A stretch of DNA of 64,000 bases from Octopus vulgaris (lineage: Eukaryota): contig OX597826.1 of assembly GCA_951406725.2 (NCBI GenBank), positions 6,758,001 to 6,822,000 on the forward strand, in the 5' to 3' direction. Each line of letters starts with the position of its first letter. Positions within the stretch are counted from its first letter, which is position 1. A model generated the notes under the pieces. That model was not told where the DNA came from. It did no database searches and worked only from the letters and a program-made list of their open reading frames with translations. Made by a program: the position numbers and the translations under genes. Positions 41,761 through 57,066 of the stretch are shown in pieces.

Positions 41761-43045
41761 AAGATGACCCCAAAAGGAAGGCTGCAGAGGGAATTTATGT
41801 TTCGGGAGTCTTACCGTATTAACCTTTTTAGATACTTCTTCTCTGTTGTATCATTAGTTCACTAAGATTTCCATGTACTATTATTAAGTGGTTGTTCTAG
41901 TCTAAAAGATCTAGAAGGAGAAGAAGGAAACTGAAACAAAGAACGAAAATGTCTTATTCTCTCAGAAGACCAACAATTCCCTAAACTTCGGAATTTGCTT
42001 CACTTTACAGAAATCGCTTAAACAAAACTCACAGCCGTCACTATTTCATTATGGCGTATAGAAGCCAAGACGTATTTCGTCTGACTCATTATTTTTCTTC
42101 TACGATAGAAAAATAGATATGTTTAAATGTGCTGTTATTTACATATCAGTTTGTATATCGAGACGTATGTTACACATTAAGTACACATAAAAAAGAAATA
42201 GAAACTCCGATATTTTTATTTTTCGATTCTATTCTAGATATATTCGACGATACACTTGCCACTCATTTAACATCAACTAACAACTTCATGGCGATTTCAT
42301 GTACACGGCCGCTATTACGTCATGGCGTTTCCAAACATATATAACCGTCTTACATCTGCTTCAAACACAATTATTCCAGCAAATTAAAGTTGTGTTTATT
42401 TGGATAAATGACATAGCATGTACGATAAAGTGTACGAGTCTCATATAATTATAGTGACAGAGTAAACATACTGAAACCAAATAAAGCTTGATGATTACAA
42501 ATTACCTTGTTGCCCGGATTAGATGTTTCGTTTTAAATCGAAGCTACACTGTTTGTAGCAATATAATTGCCCATCAATAGCGTAGCAATACAGTAGTTTA
42601 CTCTGATAATTGTTCTTTAGCATAGAACCAATTATAACATATGCTACCTTGGCATGTGGTATATGTCAAGATTCTGCCAGGGAAATTTACTTCGTTCAAG
42701 ATGAAAGTGAGAATATTTCATGCAAATCTAGGACTACTTATTTTCTGAAAAGTAAATGTAGACCGCCTCACCACGGTGATAGCCTCAGATTTTATATTCC
42801 GTTCAAAAGTGTCGCCTGAGAAGCAAGACACGTAAAATATACAAATATACCTTAGATAACACAAACTCCAAGTCGCTATTATAGATAGAAAAGCAACAGC
42901 ACCAAAATAGGAAACGCACATTAATATACAGACTTACAATATCATTTCAGACGTCAGGATAAATGTATATTTTTACAATTATATATTCTTCAATATTGAA
43001 GATCTCATTGGGTCAATGGTTAAATTTGAAGGACTGGACTACTAG

Positions 43046-43124
<79 letters not shown>

Positions 43125-43174
43125 CACACACATACACATGTATATATATACACACACACATATATATATATATG

Positions 43175-43580
43175 AGTGGCTGTGTGGTAAGTAGCTTGTT
43201 TACCAACCACATGGTTCCGGGTTCAGTCCCACTGCGTGGCATTTGGGCAAGTGTCTTCTGCTATAGCCTCGGGCCGACCAATGCTTTGTGAGTGGATTTG
43301 GTAGACAGAAACTGAAAGAAACCTGTCGTATATATGTATATTTATGTATATGTGTGTGTCTGTGTGTATATGTTTGTGAGTCTGTGTTTGTCCCCCTAGC
43401 ATTGCTTGACAACCGATGCTGGTGTGTTTACGTCCCCGTCACTTAGTGGTTCGGCAAAAGAGACCGATAGAATAAGTACTAGGCTTACAAAGAATAAGTC
43501 CCGGTGTCGATTTGCTCGACTAAAGGCGGTGCTCCAGCATAGCCGCAGTCAAATGACTGAAACAAGTAAAAGAGTAAAAG
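43175..43580 (+). mobile_element. Full-length family-A SINE
   Basis: A box TGGCTGTGTGG, B box GGTTCAGTCCC, internal (TG)n and AAACAAGTAAAAGAGTAAAAG tail. Confidence 0.92.
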
Positions 43581-43589
43581 TGTATATAT

Positions 43590-43951
43590 AATAGAAATGG
43601 TAAGACAACAAAAGAAAGAAAGAGACCTCGATATTATGTAAATAAAGGAATTTAACTGTAAATGTAATATGTGACAATTCGGTAGCCATGAGGAAATTCC
43701 GAGTTTCGGATGTCGGGTTGGAAATCCACGCCGCGATCATTTCAGTTATCCGGCCATCAGAAAAAGTGCTATGAAAATCTTGAAAGTAAAAATTAGAGAC
43801 CTTATTAAGCGTCTCCAATGGCCGGATAACCGAAGAGATGGTGGCGTGGATTTCCACCCCGACATCCGAAGCTCGGAATTTTATCATGGTTACCGATTTG
43901 TTACATATTATATTTACAGTTAAATTCCTCTATTTACATAGTATTGAGGTC
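43590..43951. mobile_element. Inverted pair of HHR-bearing termini, family H4
   Basis: Arms 43624-43757 and 43818-43951. Right arm 43825-43885 reads GATAA-CCGAAGA-GATG..CATC-C-GAAG-CTCGGAA-TT-TTATC; the left arm keeps CTGA and GAAA. Confidence 0.75.
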
Positions 43952-44341
43952 ACATATTACATTTATATATATATATATATATATATAGGTGTGTGTGTGT
44001 GTGTGTGTAACTATATATATATAGAGAGAGAGGGAGAGAGGGGGAGTGAAAAAGAGAGAGAGTAAAAAAGTTTTCGTCAAGTGCAGTATGTATTACGAGT
44101 GTTTAGTTTGGTTTACCAACGAAACTCTGACTTGAACTGCAACTGAAATTATGATATTGAGACTGCCTGGTAAAGCTGGCTAGAAGTGGTTTCTTCTTGA
44201 GCGGGTGGATGTAGTTTAAAATAAAAAAGAAGTTGAAAAAGCAAATCATTTAGCATCTCTCAAAATTTATTTTAGATAGACATATATGTATATAGATCGA
44301 CAGATAGAGAGATAGATGACTGGATAGATGGATAGATAGAG

Positions 44342-44449
<108 letters not shown>

Positions 44450-45086
44450 GGATATATATATATAGACATATATATGACTATGTACATATATATTCATGTA
44501 TATATATATATATATACACGCATACACGTATATATAGATATAGATATAAATATATGTGTGTGTGTATATATATATGTGTGATTGTGTTTGTATGTTTGTG
44601 TGTGCGCGTGCGTGTGTGTGTGTGTGTGTAAATTCGATTACTTACTCGTATGTATCCACATCATACCTTAGTAGAAATGTCTCCCGAACACGTCAAACTC
44701 AATAAATATAGAATCACGCCGTATCAATCTTTTAAAAACCTATTTTACATAACGTAACTTATCGAATTTTGTAATATAAAGTCGGAAGAACGATAGAAAA
44801 CTTGGAGTAAATTCAATTTCGTTGCTCACCTAACAGTAAAATATATACTTACGCTTAATATAGTTCTTACAATTTAGTCTCTCTTGTATTTTAACATTTT
44901 TTAAAAAATCTGAGCACGAAGTGAAAGATTGAATGGTCAACAACTTTACGTATGCGTGATTTTATACTTATATATGCATATATATATATATATATATATA
45001 TGATATATATATATATAATAATAATATTAATAATAGTAATAATAATAATAATAATATTAATAATAATAATAATAATATTAATAATA

Positions 45087-46349
<1,263 letters not shown>

Positions 46350-46536
46350 ATAATAATAATAATAACAAGTTTTGAGACAGAATCGGGTACTTCAAAACAT
46401 ATGCACTCCGTAGGGTTTCATAAACCCTGTGGTAACGTTCCCATTCTTATATTTTAAAAAATGCGTATGAAACAGCTGTAATGAGCTGACAATTATCCAT
46501 CGTCTGTTAGTAATCATTTGATTATATATATATATA

Positions 46537-46630
<94 letters not shown>

Positions 46631-46724
46631 AGAGAGACAGACAGAGACAGACAAACAGTAAGAGGTAGATAGAGAAATAGATAGATAGACAGACAGACAG
46701 ATAGAAAGATAGATAGATAGATAT

Positions 46725-46790
<66 letters not shown>

Positions 46791-46856
46791 GTCATAATCT
46801 GGCATCTTTAACAGTCAGTGTATGATTCGACTTTTCCGTTAAATGAAGGAAGACTT

Positions 46857-46893
<37 letters not shown>

Positions 46894-46909
46894 CACACGT
46901 TTGTATGTG

Positions 46910-46963
<54 letters not shown>

Positions 46964-47329
46964 TATGTGTGTGTGTATGTGTGTATACATACCAACCTTT
47001 CAACTGTATCCACACGTGTCTGTGTGAGACCTCTTCAGGGGACAAACACCTGGATTATACTTCCCAATTCAGCAGCTGTATAATTTTTTTATATATGCTG
47101 GTTTGGTGAGGATTTAACGTGTTTTTATTTACCAAATTCCTTCAAGTGACATTGTTCATCTGAGATCTATGTTTCGAAGGTGGTTTACTAAATTGCTGTA
47201 TAGAGGAACGGAATGTGCAATCGCAAAGTCTGTTTGCAGATCCGATATAGTAACCGAACGTCCACGTCTATTACGCATGTTGTCAGTTTAATTCAAGCAC
47301 GATAAACATACATACAATATATATATATA

Positions 47330-47396
<67 letters not shown>

Positions 47397-47456
47397 ATAC
47401 ATATATATATATTTACAATATATGCATACATACATATATGTATATATAGGCACAGA

Positions 47457-47852
47457 AGTGGCTGTCTGGTAAGTAGCTTGCTTACCAACCACCTGGTTCC
47501 GGGTTCAGTCCCATTGCGTGGCACCTTGGGCAAGTGTCTGCTACTATAGCCTCGGGCCGACCAAAGCCTTGCGAGTGGATTTTGTAGACGGAAACTGAAA
47601 GAATCCCGTCGTATATGTATATATATATATGTATGTGTGTGTGTGCATGTGCTTGTGTGTCTGTGTTTGTCCCCTCAACGTCGCGTGACAACCGATGTTG
47701 GTATATTCACGGCCCCTTAACTTTGCGGTTCGGCAAAAGAGTCCGATAGAATAAGTACTAGACTTACAAAGAATAAGTCCTGGGTTCGATTTGCTCAACT
47801 AAAGTCGGTGCTCCAGCATAGCCGCAGTCAAATGACTGAAACAAGTAAAAGA

Positions 47853-47853
<1 letters not shown>
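47457..47853 (+). mobile_element. Full-length family-A SINE
   Basis: Closely matches 43175-43580. Confidence 0.92.
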
Positions 47854-47898
<45 letters not shown>

Positions 47899-47951
47899 GT
47901 GAAACAAGGTGGAAAAAAGAGTACTCAAATACCAGTGGTAGAGTAATATGT

Positions 47952-48052
47952 TTTATTTAACGCAGCAGAAATTTCAACAAAACCTGTCCGATGATCGGCA
48001 ACGGGAAACTCAGAGTAACAGGTTTTTTTGAATTTCTGCTGCTTTAAATAAA
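47952..48052 (+). ncRNA. Type I hammerhead ribozyme closed by a stem I of about 35 bp, family H5 (element 47895-48054)
   Basis: AAAACCTGT-CCGATGA(47988)-TCG-GCAA-CGG-GAAA-CTC-A-GAG-TA-ACAGGTTTT; predicted cleavage after 48017; (TA)n on both sides. Confidence 0.82.
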
Positions 48053-48107
<55 letters not shown>

Positions 48108-48289
48108 CATATACGTGTGTGCCTTTTTGTGCGGGTGTGTGCGTGTGTGTGAGTTCGTGCTTGCATACGTTGGTGTATATATATTACATATCTATTTTCA
48201 ACAGTGATGTTGTCTTATTCCTCTAAAAGAAACTATCCAGCAGTGGCCCCCTTGGGAATCATTTCTATTGGACTGATTGCTGCTGGCGA

Positions 48290-48890
48290 ACAGAACCCAG
48301 CATCACGTGCTGATGGATGGTAACCGATGAAGCTAAGCAAGAGACATTAATGGAGTCCCTCAATGGGCTCTGCTGGGCCCATTCCTCTTCATTATTTATA
48401 TTAACGATATGAGTGATGTCATCAAGCACAGCAGTACCAACATTTTTGCAGATGGCTCTAAGCTTCTGAAGATCGTCAGCAGGTTAGAGAATCGGAAAAA
48501 TCACCAATCGAATGTGCTGGCTGACCTCCAGTGGGAGAAAATAAACTATATGCAGGTAAACACAAATGAATTTGAATTAATCCACATCAGTAAAGTAGCT
48601 GGACTTAAGCCAACATGCGCTCTTCTCACGGGCGAAAACATGGTCACATTAAACAGATATAGACCACTCGAAGAAGCTGTCGATAACAACTTAAGCTCAC
48701 CCCATTATACTTCTCCTTCTCTTCTCTACCTTTGTCCTTCCTCACTTTGAATACATATATTCAATGAGGTTTCCCTACACGAAACGATATATTATTAAAA
48801 GTTAAACATCCGAGAGATCTTTCACAAAAGAAATTTGACGACATAACAGGTGCTGATTATTGGAATCGTCTGGAGAAGCTCAAGCTGATA
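48290..48890 (+). pseudogene. Decayed CR1/L2-type reverse transcriptase
   Basis: NGVPQ..LLGP.LF, then INDMSDVIKHSSTNIFADGSKL..LQW..NYMQVNTNEFELIH, and YWNRLEKLKL; frameshifts present. Confidence 0.85.
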
Positions 48891-49323
48891 CTGGCATCAA
48901 TTTTAAACTTAGCTGAAGGCTTGCTCCCCTTGCAGTATTTTTCTGTACAAAAATCATGTTCGCATCGCTTCAAAACACTTAACCAAATCTATAGATATGG
49001 GAGGACAAAGATGTCATTACATTCAAACTGTTTCTGCAGAAATATTTCCAACAAATTCCAGATAAATTACCTACACCCGTATATATCTTTGCAAGCAATA
49101 GCTCTTTCATCGAGCAGTCTATGATGCCCAAAGAATGGTTGTAACAGGAAACATAATTAAATAACTTTTCCAGGTGCTGCTATTTACATAGTCATGGCGT
49201 GACCCAATTTTTGCGGAAAATTATCTTAGTATCTAATCATCTACGTATATACATTCGTATGCAAGTATATGTATATGCATGTGTGTCTTTATGTAGGTAC
49301 GTGCATATATATATATATATGTA

Positions 49324-49361
<38 letters not shown>

Positions 49362-49393
49362 CGTGTGTATGTGCGTGTGTGTTTATGTATGCC

Positions 49394-49705
49394 GAGACCC
49401 CCTTCGGTCATGACTGACCTTGGGATTGGACCTAGAAATTTACCCTCTCAGGCACAAGGTTGTTCTTATGGCAGACCAATAGTCTGCCCATACATGCCAG
49501 CCTCCCCTCTGCACGCCATCACTATTATCCAAGGGAAAGGCACCAGTGACGTCGCAACTCATTCCTACAGCTGAGTTAACTGAAGCAACGTGAAATAAAG
49601 TGTCTTGCTCAAGAACACAACACGCAGCCCGGTCCGGGATTCGAACTCACAACCTCACGATCGTAAGCTCGGCGTTCTAACCACTGAGCTATGTCCCTTC
49701 GCTCA
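49394..49705 (-). mobile_element. Family-D SINE
   Basis: Reverse complement of the 60882-61210 type (TTGAGCAAGACACTTTATTTCACGTTGC..CTCAGCTG..GAAGGGGGTCTC). Confidence 0.88.
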
Positions 49706-49730
49706 TATATATATATAGATATATATATAT

Positions 49731-49935
49731 CACCGTGATCCCCGTGACCGTCCAGGCTATCAGATGTTGCTACACATCGGTGGTCACAATGCGCTTTACA
49801 TTGTTTTAGCCTTCAAATGACGCCACCCATGTGGCTAAGCGTGCAGGCCAACAGAAGAAAGGGTGAGGCGAAAGAGTAGAGCATGGATCGCCACCACCCC
49901 CTGCCGGAAATCGTGGAGCTCTAAGTGTTTTCCCT

Positions 49936-49940
<5 letters not shown>
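49731..49940 (-). mobile_element. Family-C SINE core with an alternative 3' tail
   Basis: GAAAGAG..TCGCCACCA..GTGGAGCTCTA.GTGTTTT as in 29705-29775; the tail matches 21585-21680 instead. Confidence 0.75.
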
Positions 49941-49970
<30 letters not shown>

Positions 49971-49975
<5 letters not shown>

Positions 49976-50197
49976 GCCATGATAGATCGTTAGCCACTAC
50001 ATATATTTTTTCTCCCAATTTTTTTCTCCTTTTTTTCACTCCTTGTTTCTCTCCTTGTTTTTTGTGTCCCTTTCTTTAGAAGAGCGTAGGCTCAAAACGT
50101 AAAAGACTTTTTTCTATTCCTGAGCGTTATACTAATACATCTGTTTGTTTTGTACACCACCTGTCCTCGTCTTTTGTTTTTTTCGTAAACTCTCCCT
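49971..50197 (+). mobile_element. HHR-bearing element, family H1 (mutated core)
   Basis: Between two (TA)n tracts; CTTT-CTTTAGA-A-GAGC-GTAG-GCTC-AAAA-CG-TA-AAAG at about 50070-50105. Confidence 0.75.
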
Positions 50198-50692
50198 ATA
50201 TATATATATATATATATATATAGTTATGTATGTACGTACGTACTGTATAGTCACTTAATGCAGTGAGAGTTTAGCCATTACCATTCTACTATTAAAACGC
50301 ACATACCATTTTCCATTTGCTTCCTATGTACACTAGGAATAAAACTATTTTCATTAATGTCATAAAATTGTTTAAATCATCCGCCATTTATTGCAAACAT
50401 GGACGTCTTTGTATAGCGTTCGAGTTAGTAGATGAGTTTTTCTTTTTATTCTGCAATTTGATATCCTATTAAGATACCGGAATACTTACCGAATCTACGG
50501 TTTTTATTGTATTACTTACAAAAGTCCCCCATCACAAAGATCTATTTTCAAATTAAATTGAAATTAGTTGAATTGTCAACTTGCCAGTTCCAAAGCCGAT
50601 ATATTTTTTCAGTTATAAATCGACTAACTGGTATGACGGTAAACGTTCCATTTTCTTCGAAGAAAGCATTGCTATCATTGTTGTTGATATTA

Positions 50693-50760
<68 letters not shown>

Positions 50761-50799
50761 TTTACTATTATTATTATTATTTTTACTATTATTATTATA

Positions 50800-50860
<61 letters not shown>

Positions 50861-50974
50861 TTGATATTATTGTCATCATCATTATTATAATTATTATTAT
50901 TAATGTTGTTGTAATTGATTTTATTGTGAGCTGTTGCTCATATCGTTGATGCTTGTTATAATGGTACTATTACC

Positions 50975-51009
<35 letters not shown>

Positions 51010-51025
51010 CAGCAGCAGCAGTAGC

Positions 51026-51087
<62 letters not shown>

Positions 51088-51246
51088 AAGCAAAAGCAGC
51101 AAAGTTAAATGACAAAATATACTTCACAAGAATGAATACAAAGCCGTATCTTTTCAAATCTGTAAAGATGTGTAATTGTACAACCGTAATGATGATCATC
51201 ACCATCGTGAACAATATCATTATTATTATTATTGTTATTATTATTA

Positions 51247-51293
<47 letters not shown>

Positions 51294-51362
51294 GTTATTA
51301 TTATTGTTATTATTATTATTATTATTATTATTGTTATTATCATCATCATCATCATTATTATG

Positions 51363-51404
<42 letters not shown>

Positions 51405-52454
51405 GCTGTTGTTGTTGTTAATGATGATAATGATGTTATTGTTGTTGATTTCGTTTGTAACATCATTATCATTATCATAATCAGCAGCATCGTCAGCATT
51501 GTCATCATCATCATTGTCATCGTTATCGTCATGATCATCACGAACATCCTCCTCCTGCTCCTCCTCCTCCTCATCACCATCATCAATGTCATTTCTATTG
51601 TTTATTAGATTGCCGCTTCTATTGGGAGAGAAGCGGTTTCTCTTTTTCTCCCCTTTCGTTCTTTGTGTTTTCTCTCCATTTCCATTTTACTCGCATACAT
51701 TTATGCTTATCTGCCTATTTTATTTCCTCTATTCTTATTTCTATTCGTCTCGTTATTTGGTAATTGTGTTTAGAACTTTCTACGGCAACGAAGTATTTCT
51801 CTAAGAACTGAGACGTACAAGAGAAATTACTATTAGTACACTAATTCAATAACACGCAGGCAGATGAACAATTCGGAGCCGAAAATAATGACGTTTTTGC
51901 CAAATGTTTGTTTGGCTAACCCAAGGGCAAGTTTAGTTAGAAAAGAACGTTTTTCGCGCTATTCTCTCTGAGATTGAATTTTAACTTGATTTACTCCGTT
52001 CTTTGCGTTCTCAGTATCTCATCTGCTAAGCACATGCTTTATAAATCTGCTACAGATTTTACAGTATAGGAAAAGAATAGGATGGAGTTTTATAATCTTA
52101 AACTATATAAATTAAAATAAAAAATTTTAAAAATAAAAAAAAAACAAATACTGGTATCAGTTATTTTCGTCTATGTTCTTAATTACCAAATTTAATTCCA
52201 ATCTAAGATAAGGTCAATATTTTAATCATAGTACGACTAGTGAGCAAACCATTTGGGAAGAAAATAGCATTATGAGTTAATTGTGGACATTCAATCACTA
52301 TTTCTTTTGCCAATTAATAATGAATGCCAATATGAATTATACGACTGGATTCTCACTATGTGTTTATATGCATGCGCATATACATACATAAATACGTATA
52401 TATATATATATATATATATATGAAGACACACACACATATATGCATGTACATATG

Positions 52455-52545
<91 letters not shown>

Positions 52546-52933
52546 ATCGCATTGTATATATTGTGAGATTTAGCATGTCATAGTAAATTAGCATAGAGCA
52601 ATTAAATAATGTTCAATCAAAAATTACTCTCCTAATTGCTACGCATTTAATAATAATTGCATTCCAATTAAAATACACTGTAGTTATAATTACTATCCGT
52701 GAGTGTTCATTTTCCGTCCAACACTTAACTATATGCGCGGTTTGGCCGAGAATTATGTAGATATGAATGTACGTCAATTGAGATAAATATAGAAATGTGT
52801 GTATTAGTTTTCACACATTAGATTATTATAATAATGTATTTTATTATGTATGTATTTATGAACTTTTGCTCACAGAAACATACACATAAATCCACACAGT
52901 TATCTGCCCATAAATCTGTATGTATCTTAGCAC

Positions 52934-52992
<59 letters not shown>

Positions 52993-53064
52993 CATAAGTA
53001 GTTAAGTATTTAGGAATGCTCAACTATACATACAGACACACACAGAGACATATATATATCTATA

Positions 53065-53121
<57 letters not shown>

Positions 53122-53855
53122 TTATATATATATAAATACAGGCATACATACGTGCATACATATACACATGCATATTTATGTATGTATATGCATATAAAGA
53201 AATTTCACACCACGCTGCTATGAGGTTTGTTGCATCTACATAATTTAAATGAGAGAAGTTAATTCGAAACTCTAATTGAGGAATCTAAGTAAAACGAGTA
53301 AAGCAATATTCATTAGTAATTAAATACTTCATTTTATGGATTAAAGCGATACAGTTGTAAATATAGTCAGTTAAATGTGTGTAGATTGCAAAAACATTTG
53401 CTTTGAGAAGAAAAAATAAAATGATTAGTTTCCAACAAGAGAATTAATGACTAGTATGATATATGTAATTCGAATCCACTTAATAAATTTAAAATGATAT
53501 GGTGAATATTTTGTAGTTATATATGATATAAGAGGCTTATCATTTTCTGCTATGAACATGGCATATAATTTAGTAAATTGAAATCCTGTTGTCCATAGAA
53601 TGCATTACACATGCACACAAATACGTATCTATACATACATCCAAACAACTTTCTAAACGCAAAACTCACAAGCACAAATATATATAGCATATTAATCAGC
53701 ATATAAACGTGTATATATATATATATATCTTATTATAATATATATATATATATGTATAGTTTATGACAAATAATGGTGTCGTCGAGACCTCACTCTCTAT
53801 TTTTATCCATTCTATCTTATCTAAATTAAATATTTCTTAACCATCCCCTCACACC

Positions 53856-53903
53856 GTCTCCGATGAAGGGATATAATAAATATCCTGGAAACAGCTGTAA
53901 GAT
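53856..53903 (+). ncRNA. Minimal type I hammerhead ribozyme, family H6 (element about 53760-53970 between TA tracts)
   Basis: GTCT-CCGATGA-A-GGGATAT-AATAA-ATATCCT-G-GAAA-CAGCTG-TA-AGAT; palindromic stem III ACAGCTGT. Confidence 0.78.
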
Positions 53904-54112
53904 CTCCTATCCATAAATGTTCTATAATCTACACAGCCAAGGTTTTTTTATCTCATTACGAAATAAAACTTATATATATATATATATATAATGTACACGT
54001 GCGTGACACTATGGACATACATATGTGGATAATATATACAAAGATGATATATATATATATATATATATAGTACGTTTAAATATTTGTTGTGATAACAACA
54101 AACATATATACC

Positions 54113-54214
54113 TTGTTCGGCGTGTTGGTACATAATCGATGAGCTTTTACCTTCCTTGAGTTGTCTCCAATGTTCATTCACCCGCTCACCAATGCTTCTT
54201 GCAGTTTCCCCTAC
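54113..54214 (-). pseudogene. Penelope-like element GIY-YIG endonuclease fragment
   Basis: VGETARSIGERVNEHWRQLKEGKSSSIMYQHAEQ matches the (Y)IGETxRxxxERxxEH..S.++.H motif. Confidence 0.85.
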
Positions 54215-54253
54215 TTTCGTATGGATTCTTGTGATTGTGTTTAACCATCGCCA

Positions 54254-54361
54254 AAAAAAAGAAAAAAAAAAAAAATAGGGAAGGCCAACTCTTGGTATGA
54301 TAGCCATAAATACCAGAGTGTCATGTTCGTTGACACCACCCCTGGAGGTGAACTAGCGTAA
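54254..54361 (+). pseudogene. Penelope-like element RT-to-endonuclease linker fragment
   Basis: A-rich (Lys-like) run followed by GKANSWYDSHKYQSVMFVDTTPGGELA*, resembling the WY..Y.SV+FV..TPG.EL linker of Neptune-like PLEs. Confidence 0.7.
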
Positions 54362-54572
54362 GTGGATCCTGCAAACATAATAAATACACAGGTAATTAAA
54401 GAAATAGAAATGAATATCTATATATATGTGTATGTGTATATATATGTATATGTATATGTGTATATATGTGTGTATTAAGATTAATGTAAAAATAAATATC
54501 ACTAAAGAAAATAACACCAAATATATAGTGCGTGTGTTTTTATTGGCTAAACTAATATGAATTCCGAAATAT

Positions 54573-54642
<70 letters not shown>

Positions 54643-55512
54643 CATACACACATACATACATACATACATTCATATACACATGCATATATACATACATACA
54701 TACATACATAAATACACATACATATGTTATATTAATGTGTATGCATACGTATATTATACACAGACACACACACATATGTATATGTATATATAAACTTAGA
54801 TATGTTTCGACCAAAGATTGGTCCAGGCCATGTCTACATTCCCAATATATATATATGCATACACGCACACACAGACATATATTACTCAAACAAATTCCAA
54901 CCTCGTCCGATTTTCACGTTTTATTTACAATATTATAATATTATAATATAAGATATTATGATATAATGAAATGGTAGAATATTAATGTTCATTCTGACTG
55001 AACTTGTACTTGCATACAGGCTCGATCGCAGCAAAATATGAAATACTCGTTTCAATAATCAGATATGTATATACCAATAAAACAATCTTCTGATAGAATG
55101 TGTCATTCATACCTCAATTTTATTTTGTCATTTACATGTTTCAGTATTTAGACTGCAATCATGCAGGGGCATTAAACTGGGGCGGGGGGGTCAGGTTAAC
55201 GAACCTCTCCCAGTACTCATTTTATCGTTCTCTTTTGGCGAAACGCCGATGTTACGATGGCATACACAAATCAACACTGATTTTTAACCGGTGGCGATGG
55301 TTAAACACAATCACAAGAATCCATACGAACGCACTCATATACACATGAATGAGTAGACTGAAATATAGTGACATGTATATATATAATGGACTTATACACT
55401 ATATATACTACATATGAATATACATATACATGCATACATACACACACACACACATATATGTATATATAATATTGTATATATATATATACATATATATATA
55501 TACATATAATAT

Positions 55513-55810
55513 GTGAAGGCGCGTGGCTCAGTGGTTAGGGCATCCAGCTCATGATCGTACGGTCGTGAGTTCAATTCCTGGTAACACTTTATTTCACGTT
55601 ACGCCAGTCCACTCAGCTGGCAAAAATGTGTACTACCTGTATTTCGAAGGGCCAGCCTTGTCACACTCTGTGTCATTCTTGATCTCCCTGAGAACGACGT
55701 TAAGTGTACACGTCTGTGGAGTGCTCAGCCACTTGCACGTTAATTTCACGAGCAAGCTGTTCCGTTGATCGTATCAGCTGTGACCCTCGTCGTCATAACC
55801 GACGAATTGC
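55513..55810 (+). mobile_element. Family-D SINE variant with a different tail
   Basis: GTGAAGGCGCGTGGCTCAGTGGTTAG head and ACACTTTATTTCACGTT..CCACTCAGCTG core; tail unlike that of 60882-61210. Confidence 0.85.
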
Positions 55811-56539
55811 TCCTTTTATATATAATATGTGTATATATTTATATACATACAGAACGGGTTTCTATACAGATTCCGTCTATTTAATTCTCCCACAATGCAT
55901 TGATCGAACCCAGACTATTATGCATCACAGGTACCCAATGTGCAAAAGCAATGATACTAGACCCGAACACTACGTGGTTTCAAAGCCAGCTTCGGAACCA
56001 AGCCGCTATATCTACTACACATGAGGTGCTCCTTCAAATGATCGTAGATTACCCTACTAGTAATGCTACCAGTTATCAGAAAAAAAGACAAGACGTTAAA
56101 ATATTTAAACAATACAGAATATAGGGCGACGTAGAAACCGAGTCAGCGAGATAAATATTACACATACACACATCTAAACTAAATCACTGATTTATCGATT
56201 ATTTTCTCTCTAATCACAATAATTCTCTAATCTCAATATGTGAGCCAGATGTTCATGTTCTGATTATTGCAATGGTTTTATTTGTGTCGTTTTATGATTT
56301 ATTGTGTTTATTTTTCTTTCTTGAGAATTTGATTTCTATATCAATCATCTTGTTGAATAATTTTTTATACCATTGAATATTAGATGTGCCAAAATATCAT
56401 ATGTATGTATGTATGTACGTCAATGCTAGAATGTGTGTGTGTGTGTGTGTTTAGTTTACGCTTGTATGTATATTTGATATAATAACAATAATAATGATAC
56501 TACTACTGCTAATAATAATAATAATGATAATAATAATAA

Positions 56540-56570
<31 letters not shown>

Positions 56571-56596
56571 AATATTAATGATAATGATGATAATAA

Positions 56597-56675
<79 letters not shown>

Positions 56676-56938
56676 AAGAAGAAGAAGAAGAAGAAGAAGA
56701 AGAAGAAGAAGAAGAAGAAGAAGAAGAAGAAGAATGATGATAATAATAGTAATAATAATGAACGGTAATAATATATTTTTATCTCCAACTGAGTTGCCAG
56801 TACATTTGCACTAGTGTAAAGTAATTCTTTTGAGAAGTTATATATGCTGAATGCTGTGTTATTTTTTAAGCATTGAGTACTTGTTTTGTGAAATTTTGTA
56901 AATTTTACGGACTTTTTTAAACCTGTTTCCACGTGCGC

Positions 56939-56969
<31 letters not shown>

Positions 56970-57066
56970 CACACACACATATCATATATGTATATATAGG
57001 GGTGTACGTATGCATGTATGTACGTATGTATGTATATATGTGTGTGTGTATGTGTATGTGTATACA

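Noticed and set aside
41815-41930. Minus-strand exon-like segment with a good acceptor and GTAAG donor
   Set aside because: Stops in all frames, and such signals are common by chance in AT-rich DNA.
54797-54840. GACCA/TGGTC stem followed by GAAACATATC on the minus strand
   Set aside because: CUGANGA is absent; at most a heavily decayed remnant.
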